DNA of 64,000 nt from Burkholderiales bacterium (GTDB lineage: Bacteria > Pseudomonadota > Gammaproteobacteria > Burkholderiales > Burkholderiaceae_C). The translations under genes and the position numbers were made by a program. This document shows, piece after piece, positions 45,473-53,747 of this stretch. The stretch is from assembly GCA_947453625.1 (NCBI GenBank), contig CANGHK010000022.1, forward strand, positions 4,121 through 68,120, given 5' to 3'. The notes below the pieces were generated by a model. The model did not search any database. It was not told the DNA's origin and saw only the letters and a list, made by a program, of their open reading frames with translations. Each line of letters starts with the position of its first letter. Within the stretch, counting starts at the first letter, position 1.

Positions 45473-46479
45473 CGCTGATGAACCGTCGACTGAGCCTGCT
45501 GGCCGCGCTGGCCTGCGCCGCGGCGTTCAGCCCGCTATCGGCCAGCGCTCAGGCCAGCGCCCAAGCCGACCGGCCGATCCGCCTGATCGTGCCCTACCCA
45601 CCCGGCGGCCCGCTCGACGCCGTGGCGCGGGTGCTGGCCTCGGCCGTCAAGGACAGCCTGGGCGGGGTGATCGTCGACAACAAGCCCGGCGCCGGCGGCA
45701 ACCTGGGCGCCGACCTGGCCGCCAAGGCGCCGCCCGACGGGCACACGATCGTGATGGGGGCGGTGGCCACCCATGCCATCAACCCCTGGCTGTTCACCAG
45801 GCTGCCCTACGACCCGGTGAAGGATTTCAGCCCGATCACCCGGGTAGCCCAGGTGCCCAACGTGCTGGTGATGAACGCCGACACCGCGCAGCGGCTGGGC
45901 ATCAAGACCCTGCGCGACCTGGTCGGATACGCCAAGAAAAACCCCGGCCGGCTGAACTACGGCTCGGGCGGCAACGGCAGCGCCGGCCATCTGGCGGGCG
46001 AGATGTTCAAGGCCCAGGCCGGCGTGTTCATGGTGCACATCCCCTACGCCGGCGGCAACCCGGCGCAGCTGGGCCTGCTGTCCGGCCAGGTCGACCTGAA
46101 CTTCGACAACCTGGCCAGCGCGTCGGCCAACATACGCTCGGGCAGGCTGCTGGCGCTGGCGGTGACCAGCGCGGCCCGCTCCGGCGCGATGCCAGAGCTG
46201 CCGACCATCGCCGAGGCCGGCCGCGACCTCGGCCTGGGCGGCTTCGACATCGGCACCTGGTTCGGCCTGTTCGGCCCGGCCGGGCTGCCAGCCGACTTGT
46301 TGGCGCGCCTGAACAAGGCCTTCGTCGCCGCCCTCGACGCGCCGGAAACCCGGGCGCGGATGGCCCAGCTGATGGCCGAGCCCTCGCCCACCAGCCCGGC
46401 GCAGTTCGCCGCCTTCGTCAAGGCCGAACTCGCCAAGTACGGGCCGGTGGTCAAGGCCTCGGGCGCCAGCGTCGATTGA
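45469..46479 (+). CDS. Bug-family (TctC-like) substrate-binding protein
   Basis: ATGA overlap with the upstream stop. Signal peptide followed by 'DRPIRLIVPYPPGGPLDAVAR', 'NKPGAGGNLGA' and 'RLNYGSGGNGSAGHLAGE'. Confidence 0.9.
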   Translation: MTLMNRRLSLLAALACAAAFSPLSASAQASAQADRPIRLIVPYPPGGPLDAVARVLASAVKDSLGGVIVDNKPGAGGNLGADLAAKAPPDGHTIVMGAVATHAINPWLFTRLPYDPVKDFSPITRVAQVPNVLVMNADTAQRLGIKTLRDLVGYAKKNPGRLNYGSGGNGSAGHLAGEMFKAQAGVFMVHIPYAGGNPAQLGLLSGQVDLNFDNLASASANIRSGRLLALAVTSAARSGAMPELPTIAEAGRDLGLGGFDIGTWFGLFGPAGLPADLLARLNKAFVAALDAPETRARMAQLMAEPSPTSPAQFAAFVKAELAKYGPVVKASGASVD

Positions 46480-46494
46480 ATTTCTGGAGAAACC

Positions 46495-47337
46495 ATGTTC
46501 CGCACCGACCTGCTGGCGCGCAAGCGCATCCTGATCACCGGCGGCGGCACCGGCCTGGGCGCGGTGATGGCCGAGCGCTTCGCCGGGCTGGGGGCGTCGC
46601 TGGTGCTGTGCGGCCGCCGGCTCGAGGTGCTGGAGGCCACCGCCGCCCGACTGCGTGGGCTGGGCGCGGCCGAGATCGAGCTGCACCGCTGCGACATCCG
46701 CGACGCCGACGCGGTCGAGCAGATGCTGGACCGCATCTGGCAGCGCGGCCCGCTCGACGTGCTGGTCAACAACGCGGCGGCCACCTTCATCGCCCAGACC
46801 GAGCAACTGTCGGCGCGGGCGGTGGACGCGGTGCTGGCCACCACGCTGCACGGCGCGGTCTACTGCACGCTGGGCGCCGGCAAGCGCTGGATCGCCGCCG
46901 CCCATCCCGGGGTGGTGTTGAGCATCCTGTCGACCTCGGTGCGCACCGGCCGGGCCTTCACCGTGCCGTCGGCGATGGCCAAGTCCGGCCTGCAGGCGAT
47001 GACGCGCAGCCTGGCGGTCGAATGGGGACCGCACGCGATCCGGCTGGTGGCGATCGCCCCGGGCAGTTTCCCCACCCCCGGCGCCAGCCAGCAGCTGATG
47101 CCGGCCCAGCGCGCGGCCGCCGCCGCGTCGCCGGCCGCAAGAGTGCCGCTGGGGCGCGTCGGCGCGCCCGCCGAGCTGGCCAATCTGGCGGTGTTTCTGG
47201 TGGCCGACGAGGCCGGCTACATCTCGGGCGAAACCGTGGCCATAGACGGCGCCGCCCACCTGCGCAGCTCGGGCGCCGAGGACTTGCTGGCCTGGAGCCC
47301 GGCCGACTGGTCGGCCCACCGCGCCAAACGAAGCTGA
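46495..47337 (+). CDS. SDR-family oxidoreductase (2,4-dienoyl-CoA reductase-like)
   Basis: 'ILITGGGTGLGAVMA' and 'NNAAATFIA'. GGAGA lies upstream. Confidence 0.85.
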   Translation: MFRTDLLARKRILITGGGTGLGAVMAERFAGLGASLVLCGRRLEVLEATAARLRGLGAAEIELHRCDIRDADAVEQMLDRIWQRGPLDVLVNNAAATFIAQTEQLSARAVDAVLATTLHGAVYCTLGAGKRWIAAAHPGVVLSILSTSVRTGRAFTVPSAMAKSGLQAMTRSLAVEWGPHAIRLVAIAPGSFPTPGASQQLMPAQRAAAAASPAARVPLGRVGAPAELANLAVFLVADEAGYISGETVAIDGAAHLRSSGAEDLLAWSPADWSAHRAKRS

Positions 47338-47362
47338 GCGCGGCGGCGCCCCACCGGCCCGT

Positions 47363-48043
47363 TCAGACCGATAAGCCCCGCGCCAGCGTGCGGTCGACCA
47401 TCCGCAACACGCTGTCGCGCACCTGGGGCAGCGCGATGCTGGGGTCGAGCAGCCACTGCAGCATCACGCCGCGCAGCGCGCCCAGCAGCAGCACCGCCAT
47501 CGCGGCCGGATCGACGTCGGCGGCGATCTCGCCGCTGGCGATGCCGGCGCCGATCTGGGTCTCGAAGAACACCAGCGCCTGCCGGTTGTAGGCCGCCATG
47601 TCGGCGCGCAACTCGCCCTCGTCCATGAAGCCCTCGGTCATCATCACCAGCAGGGCCCGGGTGCTCGTCCACTGCTGGTCGGTGCGGCCGAAATAGACCG
47701 CGATGTTGCCGCGTATCGCGTCCAGCCCCGGCCGCCTGCGCGGCGCGGCGCGCAACTGCTGCTCGAAGCGCGCCGTGATATCGGCCGCCAGCGCGCGCAG
47801 CAGCCCGGCCTTGTTGCCGAAGCGGTGCGTCGCCAGGCCCCGGCTGTAGCCCGCGGCCTGGCCCACCGCGGCCAGCGTCAGCCGCACGGTGCCGGTGCGC
47901 GCGACGATGGCCAGCGCGGCGTCCAGCAGCCGGCGCTCGGCCTGCTCGCGGCGCTGGGTCTGGGTGCGGCGCGCCGGCGTCGCCGAAGGGCCAGCCATGG
48001 CGTCGGCCGGCCCTGCCGCCACGTCGAGCGCGCCCCCGGCCAT
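47363..48043 (-). CDS. TetR/AcrR-family transcriptional regulator
   Basis: N-terminal HTH 'LLDAALAIVARTGTVRLTLAAVGQAAGYSRGLATHRFGNKAGLL'. The start may instead be ATG 47998. Confidence 0.8.
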   Translation of the reverse strand: MAGGALDVAAGPADAMAGPSATPARRTQTQRREQAERRLLDAALAIVARTGTVRLTLAAVGQAAGYSRGLATHRFGNKAGLLRALAADITARFEQQLRAAPRRRPGLDAIRGNIAVYFGRTDQQWTSTRALLVMMTEGFMDEGELRADMAAYNRQALVFFETQIGAGIASGEIAADVDPAAMAVLLLGALRGVMLQWLLDPSIALPQVRDSVLRMVDRTLARGLSV

Positions 48044-48047
48044 GGCT

Positions 48048-49034
48048 TCAGCGCGGCTCGATGCCGGCGGCCAGCGCGATGCGCTTGAAGCGCTCGAGTT
48101 CGGCGCCGACGAAGGCCCGCATCTCGGCCGGCCCCAGGTCGAGCAGCAGCGACGGCTGGGCCGCCTGGTAGGCGCGCGACTCGGGGCTGGCCATCACCTT
48201 CCTGAAGCCTTCGTACAGCTTGGCCGTGATGTCGTCGGGCGTGTCCGAGCGGACGAAGAACGAGGCCCAGACATAGCTCTCGAAATCGGCGTAGCCGCTC
48301 TCCTTCATCGTCGGCACGTCGGGGAAGGCCGGGTCGCGGCGGTCGGAGGTGATGGCCAGCGCGCGCAGCCGGCGCTCGCGGATCAGCGGCGCGGCGCCGG
48401 CAAAGTCGATCGCGCCGGTGACCAACTGGCCGCCGATGATGTCGGTCATCATCGCCGCCCCACCCTTGTAGGGGATGGGCGTGACCGCCAGCCCCGACAC
48501 CGTGCCCAGCCAGGCGCCGATCAACTCGTAGCCGGCCGAGTAGTTACCCACCGCCAGCGGGATGCCGCTCTTGCGGGTCGCGTCGACCAGGTCCTTGACC
48601 GTCTTATACGGTGACTCGGCGCGCACGATGAAGGCCACCGGGCCCTTGCTGACGCCGATCACCGGCCTGAAGTCCTTGATCGGGTCGTAGGGCAGGTTCT
48701 TGATCATCACCGGGTTGACCGTCATCGGCGAGTTCGAGGCCATCAGGATGGTGTGGCCGTCGGCCGGCGCCGACTTGACGCCCTGGACCGCGATCACGCC
48801 GCTGCCGCCGGGCCGGTTTTCCACCACCACGGTCTGGTTGAACAGCCGGCCCAGCAACTCACCGTAGAAGCGCGAACTGGTGTCGGCGCCACTGCCGGCG
48901 TTGAAGGGCACCAGGATGCGGATGGGCTTGGACGGAAAGCTGGCCGCCTGGCCGAAGGCGATCAGCGGCGCCAAGCCCAGCGTCAGCCCGAACAGCGTGG
49001 CCGCGGCCCATTTCTTGAACGTGTCGTGGTTCAT
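48048..49034 (-). CDS. Bug-family (TctC-like) substrate-binding protein
   Basis: 'FPSKPIRILVPFNAGSGADTSSR', 'NRPGGSGVIA'. Start moved to ATG 49034 (AAGGAGA upstream). Confidence 0.9.
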   Translation of the reverse strand: MNHDTFKKWAAATLFGLTLGLAPLIAFGQAASFPSKPIRILVPFNAGSGADTSSRFYGELLGRLFNQTVVVENRPGGSGVIAVQGVKSAPADGHTILMASNSPMTVNPVMIKNLPYDPIKDFRPVIGVSKGPVAFIVRAESPYKTVKDLVDATRKSGIPLAVGNYSAGYELIGAWLGTVSGLAVTPIPYKGGAAMMTDIIGGQLVTGAIDFAGAAPLIRERRLRALAITSDRRDPAFPDVPTMKESGYADFESYVWASFFVRSDTPDDITAKLYEGFRKVMASPESRAYQAAQPSLLLDLGPAEMRAFVGAELERFKRIALAAGIEPR

Positions 49035-49091
49035 CTCGTCTCCTTGTGGGCTGCCCCGGTGGGTACGCCAGGTCCGCACCCGGGCGGGGTC

Positions 49092-50408
49092 TCAAACCGC
49101 GGGTGCGGCTTGCAGAATCACCTTGTCGGCCAGCAAGCCGTCCAGCGCCTCGGCGCTCAGCCCGGCCTCGGCCAGCACCTCGCGGGTGTGCTGGCCGAGT
49201 TGCGGTGCGCCCCAGCGCACGCTGGCCGGCGTGCGGGCAAAGCGGGTGGGCGGGCGCACCGTCAGGGTCGCGCCCTCGGTCGGGTGGTCCAGCGGCTGGA
49301 ACAAGCCCACCGCCTGCAGGTGCGGGTGCGACGGCAACTCGTCGATGCCGTAGATGCGGGTGGCGGCCAGGTCGAGCCGGTCGCACAGCGCCAGCAGATC
49401 ATCGCTGCTGAACTGGCGCGTGACTAGGGCCAGGTCGGCATACAGCTCGGCGATGCGCGCATTGCGCACCTGCCGGTCCTGCAACTGGTATTTGGCGGCC
49501 AGGTCGCCGCGGCCGACCGCGTCGAACAAGCCCTGCCATTGGTCGCCGGTATAGGGCAGCAACGCGACGAAACCGTCCCGGGTGGGCGCGGGCTTGCGCC
49601 CGCCCTGCAGCAAGCGGGCGTAGCCGGCCTTGGCCGGCGGCGGGTCGAAGGTCAGCCCGCCCAGGTGTTCGGCCAGCGTGAAAGCCACCATGGTCTCGAG
49701 CATCGGCACCTCGACGCACTGGCCCTGGCCGCTGCGCCCGCGGTGCACCAGCGCGGCCAGCACCGCGTTGACCACCGCCATCCCAGTCGTCTTGTCGGCG
49801 ATCAGCGAGGGCGCGAAATCGGGCTGGCCGGTGCCAGCGGCGCCACCCTGACCGTTCAGCGCGGCCAGGCCGCAGGCCGCCTGGATCACGTCGTCGAAGG
49901 CCGGCCGGTGCGCGTCGGGCCCGTCCTGCCCGAAACCGGTGGCCATGCAGTAGACGATCCCGGGATTGAGCGCGGCCACCGCGGCATAGCCCAGGCCGAG
50001 CCGCTCGATCGCCGCGACCCGCATGTTGTGCACCAGCACATCGGCGCCCTGCACCAACTGCCGCACCAGCGCCAGCCCGGCCTCGGTCTTCAGGTCGACC
50101 GCCACCGAGCGCTTGTTGCGGTTGATCGCCAGGAAGATCGAGCTCATGCCGCGGTGCAGCGAGACGCCGTTCGAGCGCATCAGATCGCCCTCCAGGCTTT
50201 CGATCTTGACCACGTCGGCGCCGTAATCGCCCAGGATCTGGGTCGCCAGCGGACCCAGCACCACCGAGGTCAGGTCGATCACCCGGATGCCGGCGAGCGG
50301 ACCGGTGGCGGGCGGGCTTGCAGTCGGTACAGAGGGCATGGCGGCGGCGGGTACCCGGTTGTTCGGTGGTGATGCGAAGGGAGGAGGCGTCGGCGGCGTT
50401 TCAGACAT
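49092..50408 (-). CDS. type III (CaiB/BaiF-family) CoA-transferase
   Basis: 'LAGIRVIDLTSVVLGPLATQILGDYGADVVKIE'; 438 aa. Confidence 0.9.
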   Translation of the reverse strand: MSETPPTPPPFASPPNNRVPAAAMPSVPTASPPATGPLAGIRVIDLTSVVLGPLATQILGDYGADVVKIESLEGDLMRSNGVSLHRGMSSIFLAINRNKRSVAVDLKTEAGLALVRQLVQGADVLVHNMRVAAIERLGLGYAAVAALNPGIVYCMATGFGQDGPDAHRPAFDDVIQAACGLAALNGQGGAAGTGQPDFAPSLIADKTTGMAVVNAVLAALVHRGRSGQGQCVEVPMLETMVAFTLAEHLGGLTFDPPPAKAGYARLLQGGRKPAPTRDGFVALLPYTGDQWQGLFDAVGRGDLAAKYQLQDRQVRNARIAELYADLALVTRQFSSDDLLALCDRLDLAATRIYGIDELPSHPHLQAVGLFQPLDHPTEGATLTVRPPTRFARTPASVRWGAPQLGQHTREVLAEAGLSAEALDGLLADKVILQAAPAV

Positions 50409-50599
50409 TTCAGGCTTTTTCGAAGGTCATTGCCGTCGCGATGCCCCACCTGGTCATCGAAGGCTAGCACAATACTTGTTGCCTGACAAACAAAGATAAA
50501 GCAGAATGATTTGCCGGCGGGCGCGATTTGTTCGCCCTGCCCTGGACTGTCTGCTTCATCCCCCTTCCCTTCACCCCCTGCAATCCACAAGGTCCGCCG

Positions 50600-51739
50600 A
50601 TGCAAGCCGTGAGCATTGATCCCTGCACCCTGCCGCCGCACTGCGAGGCTTTGCGCGCCGAGGTGCGCGCCTTTCTGGCCGAGACGCTGGCCGACTTCCC
50701 GGCCGAACTGCGGGTGCGCAACTGGTCGGGCACCAGCCCCGAATTCAGCGCCAAGCTGGGCGCACGCGGCTGGATAGGCATGACCTGGCCGACGCGCTAC
50801 GGCGGCCAGGCCCGCAGCCCGCTCGAGCGCTATGTGGTGCTGGAGGAGTTGCTGGCCTGCGGCGCGCCGGTGGGCGCGCATTGGGTGGCCGAGCGCCAGA
50901 GCGCGCTGCTGCTGATGCGGCTGTCGCCCGAGCTGCTGGCCCCGCGCATCGTGCCGGGCATCGCCCGCGGAGAAACCTATTTCTGCATCGGCATGAGCGA
51001 GCCCGATTCGGGCTCCGACCTGGCGTCTATCCGCACAAGGGCGGTGCGCACCGACGCCGGCTGGGTGATCAACGGCCGCAAGGTCTGGACCTCGCGCGCC
51101 CACCAGGCCCATTACATGATCGCGCTGGTCCGCACCGGCACCCAGGGCGAGGTGCGCCAAGCCGGCCTGTCGCAGCTGCTGGTGGACATGAAGACACCGG
51201 GGATGACGGTGCGTCCGATACTCAGCCAGCTCGGCGAGCATGATTTCAACGAGGTGACTTTCGACGACGTGCTGGTGCCGCATGAGCACCTGATAGGCGT
51301 CGAGGGCGACGGCTGGAGCCAGGTCTCGGGCGAGCTGGCCTTCGAGCGCAGCGGGCCCGAGCGCTACCTCAGCAGCAGCCAATTGCTGCTGGAGATGATC
51401 GCCGAGGCCGATGCCAGCGACACGCGCCACGCCGTGGCGATAGGCCGCATCGCCGCCAGCTACGCCGCGCTGCGCCAGATGTCGCTGGGCGTGTCGGGCA
51501 TGCTGGCGCGCGGCGAGAACCCGGCGGTGGCCGCCGCACTGGTCAAGGACCAGGGCGCGCTGGTCGAGCAAGCCATGCCCGACATCGCCCACGACCTGTT
51601 CGGCGGCCTGGCGCGGCCAGGTTCGGCGCTGGACCATGCGATGTCTTACACCACCCGCGCCGTACCGTCGTTCTCGCTGCGTGGCGGCACGCGGGAGATT
51701 CTGCGCGGCATCATTGCCAAGGGATTGGGACTGCGATGA
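50600..51739 (+). CDS. acyl-CoA dehydrogenase
   Basis: 'FCIGMSEPDSGSDLASIRTRAVRTDAGWVINGRKVWTS' and 'LRGGTREILRGIIAKGL'. Start moved to ATG 50600. Confidence 0.85.
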   Translation: MQAVSIDPCTLPPHCEALRAEVRAFLAETLADFPAELRVRNWSGTSPEFSAKLGARGWIGMTWPTRYGGQARSPLERYVVLEELLACGAPVGAHWVAERQSALLLMRLSPELLAPRIVPGIARGETYFCIGMSEPDSGSDLASIRTRAVRTDAGWVINGRKVWTSRAHQAHYMIALVRTGTQGEVRQAGLSQLLVDMKTPGMTVRPILSQLGEHDFNEVTFDDVLVPHEHLIGVEGDGWSQVSGELAFERSGPERYLSSSQLLLEMIAEADASDTRHAVAIGRIAASYAALRQMSLGVSGMLARGENPAVAAALVKDQGALVEQAMPDIAHDLFGGLARPGSALDHAMSYTTRAVPSFSLRGGTREILRGIIAKGLGLR

Positions 51740-52872
51740 GCGAAGCCATGAATGATTCGATGATCGAACAGAGCGCCGCGCGCCTGTTTGCCAGCCAGGT
51801 CGACCGCGCGCTGCTGACGCGCTTCGAGGCCGGCGAGTTTCCGCGGGCGCTGTGGCAACGCGCCGTCGACCAAGGCCTGACCCTGGCGCTGGCCACCGAG
51901 GACGCCGGCGGCATTGGCGCCAGCTGGGCCGAGGCCTACCCCATCCTGCGCGGCATCGGCTATTGGCAGGTGCCGCTGCCGCTGGCCGAGACCATGATCG
52001 CCGGCCTGCTGTTGTCGCTGGCCGGCGCCACCGTGCCGGACGGGCCGATCGCGCTGGTCGAGGAAAACAGCGACAACGCCTTCGTACTGACTGGCAACGA
52101 CAACGACAGCGGAGGCGGCGCGCAGCTGACCGGCAGCGCCTTGCGCGTGCGCTGGGCCAGCGCCTGCCGCTGGGCGCTGGTGTCGCTGGCCGGACCCAAC
52201 GGCCGCCAACTCGCGCTGGTCGACCTGCACCACGCCGACAGCGTGACCCTGACCGCCCGCGCCAACATGGCCAACGAGCCGTCCGACGACCTGCAACTGC
52301 GCGGCGCGCCCTGCCTGGCGCGGTTGGCCAACCCGCTGCCCGGCCTGGACAGCCCGCTGCGCACGCTGGGCGCGGTCGCCAGCAGCGCGATGATGGTCGG
52401 CGCGATGGAGTGGCTGCTCGAGCAATCGGTGCAATACGCCACCGACCGGGTGCAGTTCGGCAGGCCCATCGGCAAGAACCAGGCGATCCAGCAGCAGCTC
52501 GCGCTGCTGGCCGGCGAGGTGGCGGCGGCCCGCGTGGCGGCCATCGTGGCCTGCTCCGACGCGCCGGGTGTGGCGGCCAGCGACTGCCGCGCCAGCGTCT
52601 TCAGCGCCGCGGTGGCCAAGATCCGCTGCGGTGAAGCGGCGACCCGGGCCACGTCCATCGCCCACCAGGTGCATGGCGCGATCGGCTTCACCTACGAGCA
52701 TTCGCTGAACTTCGCCACCCGCAGGCTCTGGGCCTGGCGCGAAGCCTACGGCGCCGACGCCTGGTGGGCCGCGCGACTGGGCCAAGCCGTGATCCAGGGC
52801 GGCGCGGCGGGCTTCTGGCCGGCCATCACCGACCGCCACCTCGACGGCCTGACCCTGCCCGCCGGCCGCTGA
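51736..52872 (+). CDS. acyl-CoA dehydrogenase family protein (divergent, possible partner subunit)
   Basis: ATGA overlap with the preceding ACAD. C-terminal 'QFGRPIGKNQAIQQQLA' and 'QVHGAIGFTYEH'. Confidence 0.75.
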   Translation: MSEAMNDSMIEQSAARLFASQVDRALLTRFEAGEFPRALWQRAVDQGLTLALATEDAGGIGASWAEAYPILRGIGYWQVPLPLAETMIAGLLLSLAGATVPDGPIALVEENSDNAFVLTGNDNDSGGGAQLTGSALRVRWASACRWALVSLAGPNGRQLALVDLHHADSVTLTARANMANEPSDDLQLRGAPCLARLANPLPGLDSPLRTLGAVASSAMMVGAMEWLLEQSVQYATDRVQFGRPIGKNQAIQQQLALLAGEVAAARVAAIVACSDAPGVAASDCRASVFSAAVAKIRCGEAATRATSIAHQVHGAIGFTYEHSLNFATRRLWAWREAYGADAWWAARLGQAVIQGGAAGFWPAITDRHLDGLTLPAGR

Positions 52873-52902
52873 CCTCCCCAACTTCCCAACCCGCCCGATG
52901 CC

Positions 52903-53685
52903 ATGACCGAACCCACCTCAGACCTGCGGATCAGCCGCGACCAGCATGTGGCGATCGTCGAGATCTGCCGCCCGCCGCACAACTTCTTCGACATGGCGCT
53001 GATCCGCGACCTGGCGATCGCCTTCGAGGCCATCGATGCCGACCCGGACTTGCGCAGCATCGTGCTCTGCGCCCAGGGCAGCGCGTTCTGTGCCGGTGCC
53101 AATTTCGGCACCCGCGGCGACCCGACCGGCGCCGACAGCCCGCGCCGCGTCAACCCGCTCTACGACGAGGCGCTGCGCCTGTTTGCCTGCGCCAAGCCGG
53201 TGGTGGCGGCGGTGCACGGCCCGGCCATAGGCGGCGGCCTGGGGCTGGCGCTGGTGGCCGACTTCCGCATCACCTGCCCCGAGGCGCGCTTCTCGGCCAA
53301 CTTCAACCGGCTCGGGTTCCACCCCGGTTTCGGCCTGTCGGTGACGCTGCCGCGCCTGGTCGGCGTGCAGCAGGCGGCGCTGCTGTTCTTCACCGGCCGG
53401 CGCATCGGCGGCGAGCAGGCGCTGGCCATCGGCCTGGCCGATGGGCTGGTGGCGCAAGACCAGGTGCGCGCCGAGGCGATGCGGCTGGCCCACGAGATCG
53501 CCGGGTCGGCACCGCTGGCGGTGACCTCGACCCGCGCGTCGCTGCGCCGCGGCCTGGTCGACGAGATCCGCAGCGCCGTCGCGCGGGAGAGCCTGGCGCA
53601 GAACCGCGAATTCCTCAGCGAGGACTTCAAGGAAGGCGTGGCGGCGATGACGGCGCGCCGCGAGCCGGTGTTCCACGGCCGCTAA
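52903..53685 (+). CDS. enoyl-CoA hydratase/isomerase family protein
   Basis: 'SAFCAGANF' and 'AAVHGPAIGGGLGLALVADFR'. Confidence 0.85.
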   Translation: MTEPTSDLRISRDQHVAIVEICRPPHNFFDMALIRDLAIAFEAIDADPDLRSIVLCAQGSAFCAGANFGTRGDPTGADSPRRVNPLYDEALRLFACAKPVVAAVHGPAIGGGLGLALVADFRITCPEARFSANFNRLGFHPGFGLSVTLPRLVGVQQAALLFFTGRRIGGEQALAIGLADGLVAQDQVRAEAMRLAHEIAGSAPLAVTSTRASLRRGLVDEIRSAVARESLAQNREFLSEDFKEGVAAMTARREPVFHGR

Positions 53686-53747
53686 GCCGGGCAGCGCAGG
53701 CCGAGCCCGGGCGGCGCTGCCCGCCGCCCGGGCCGTAACATCGACCG

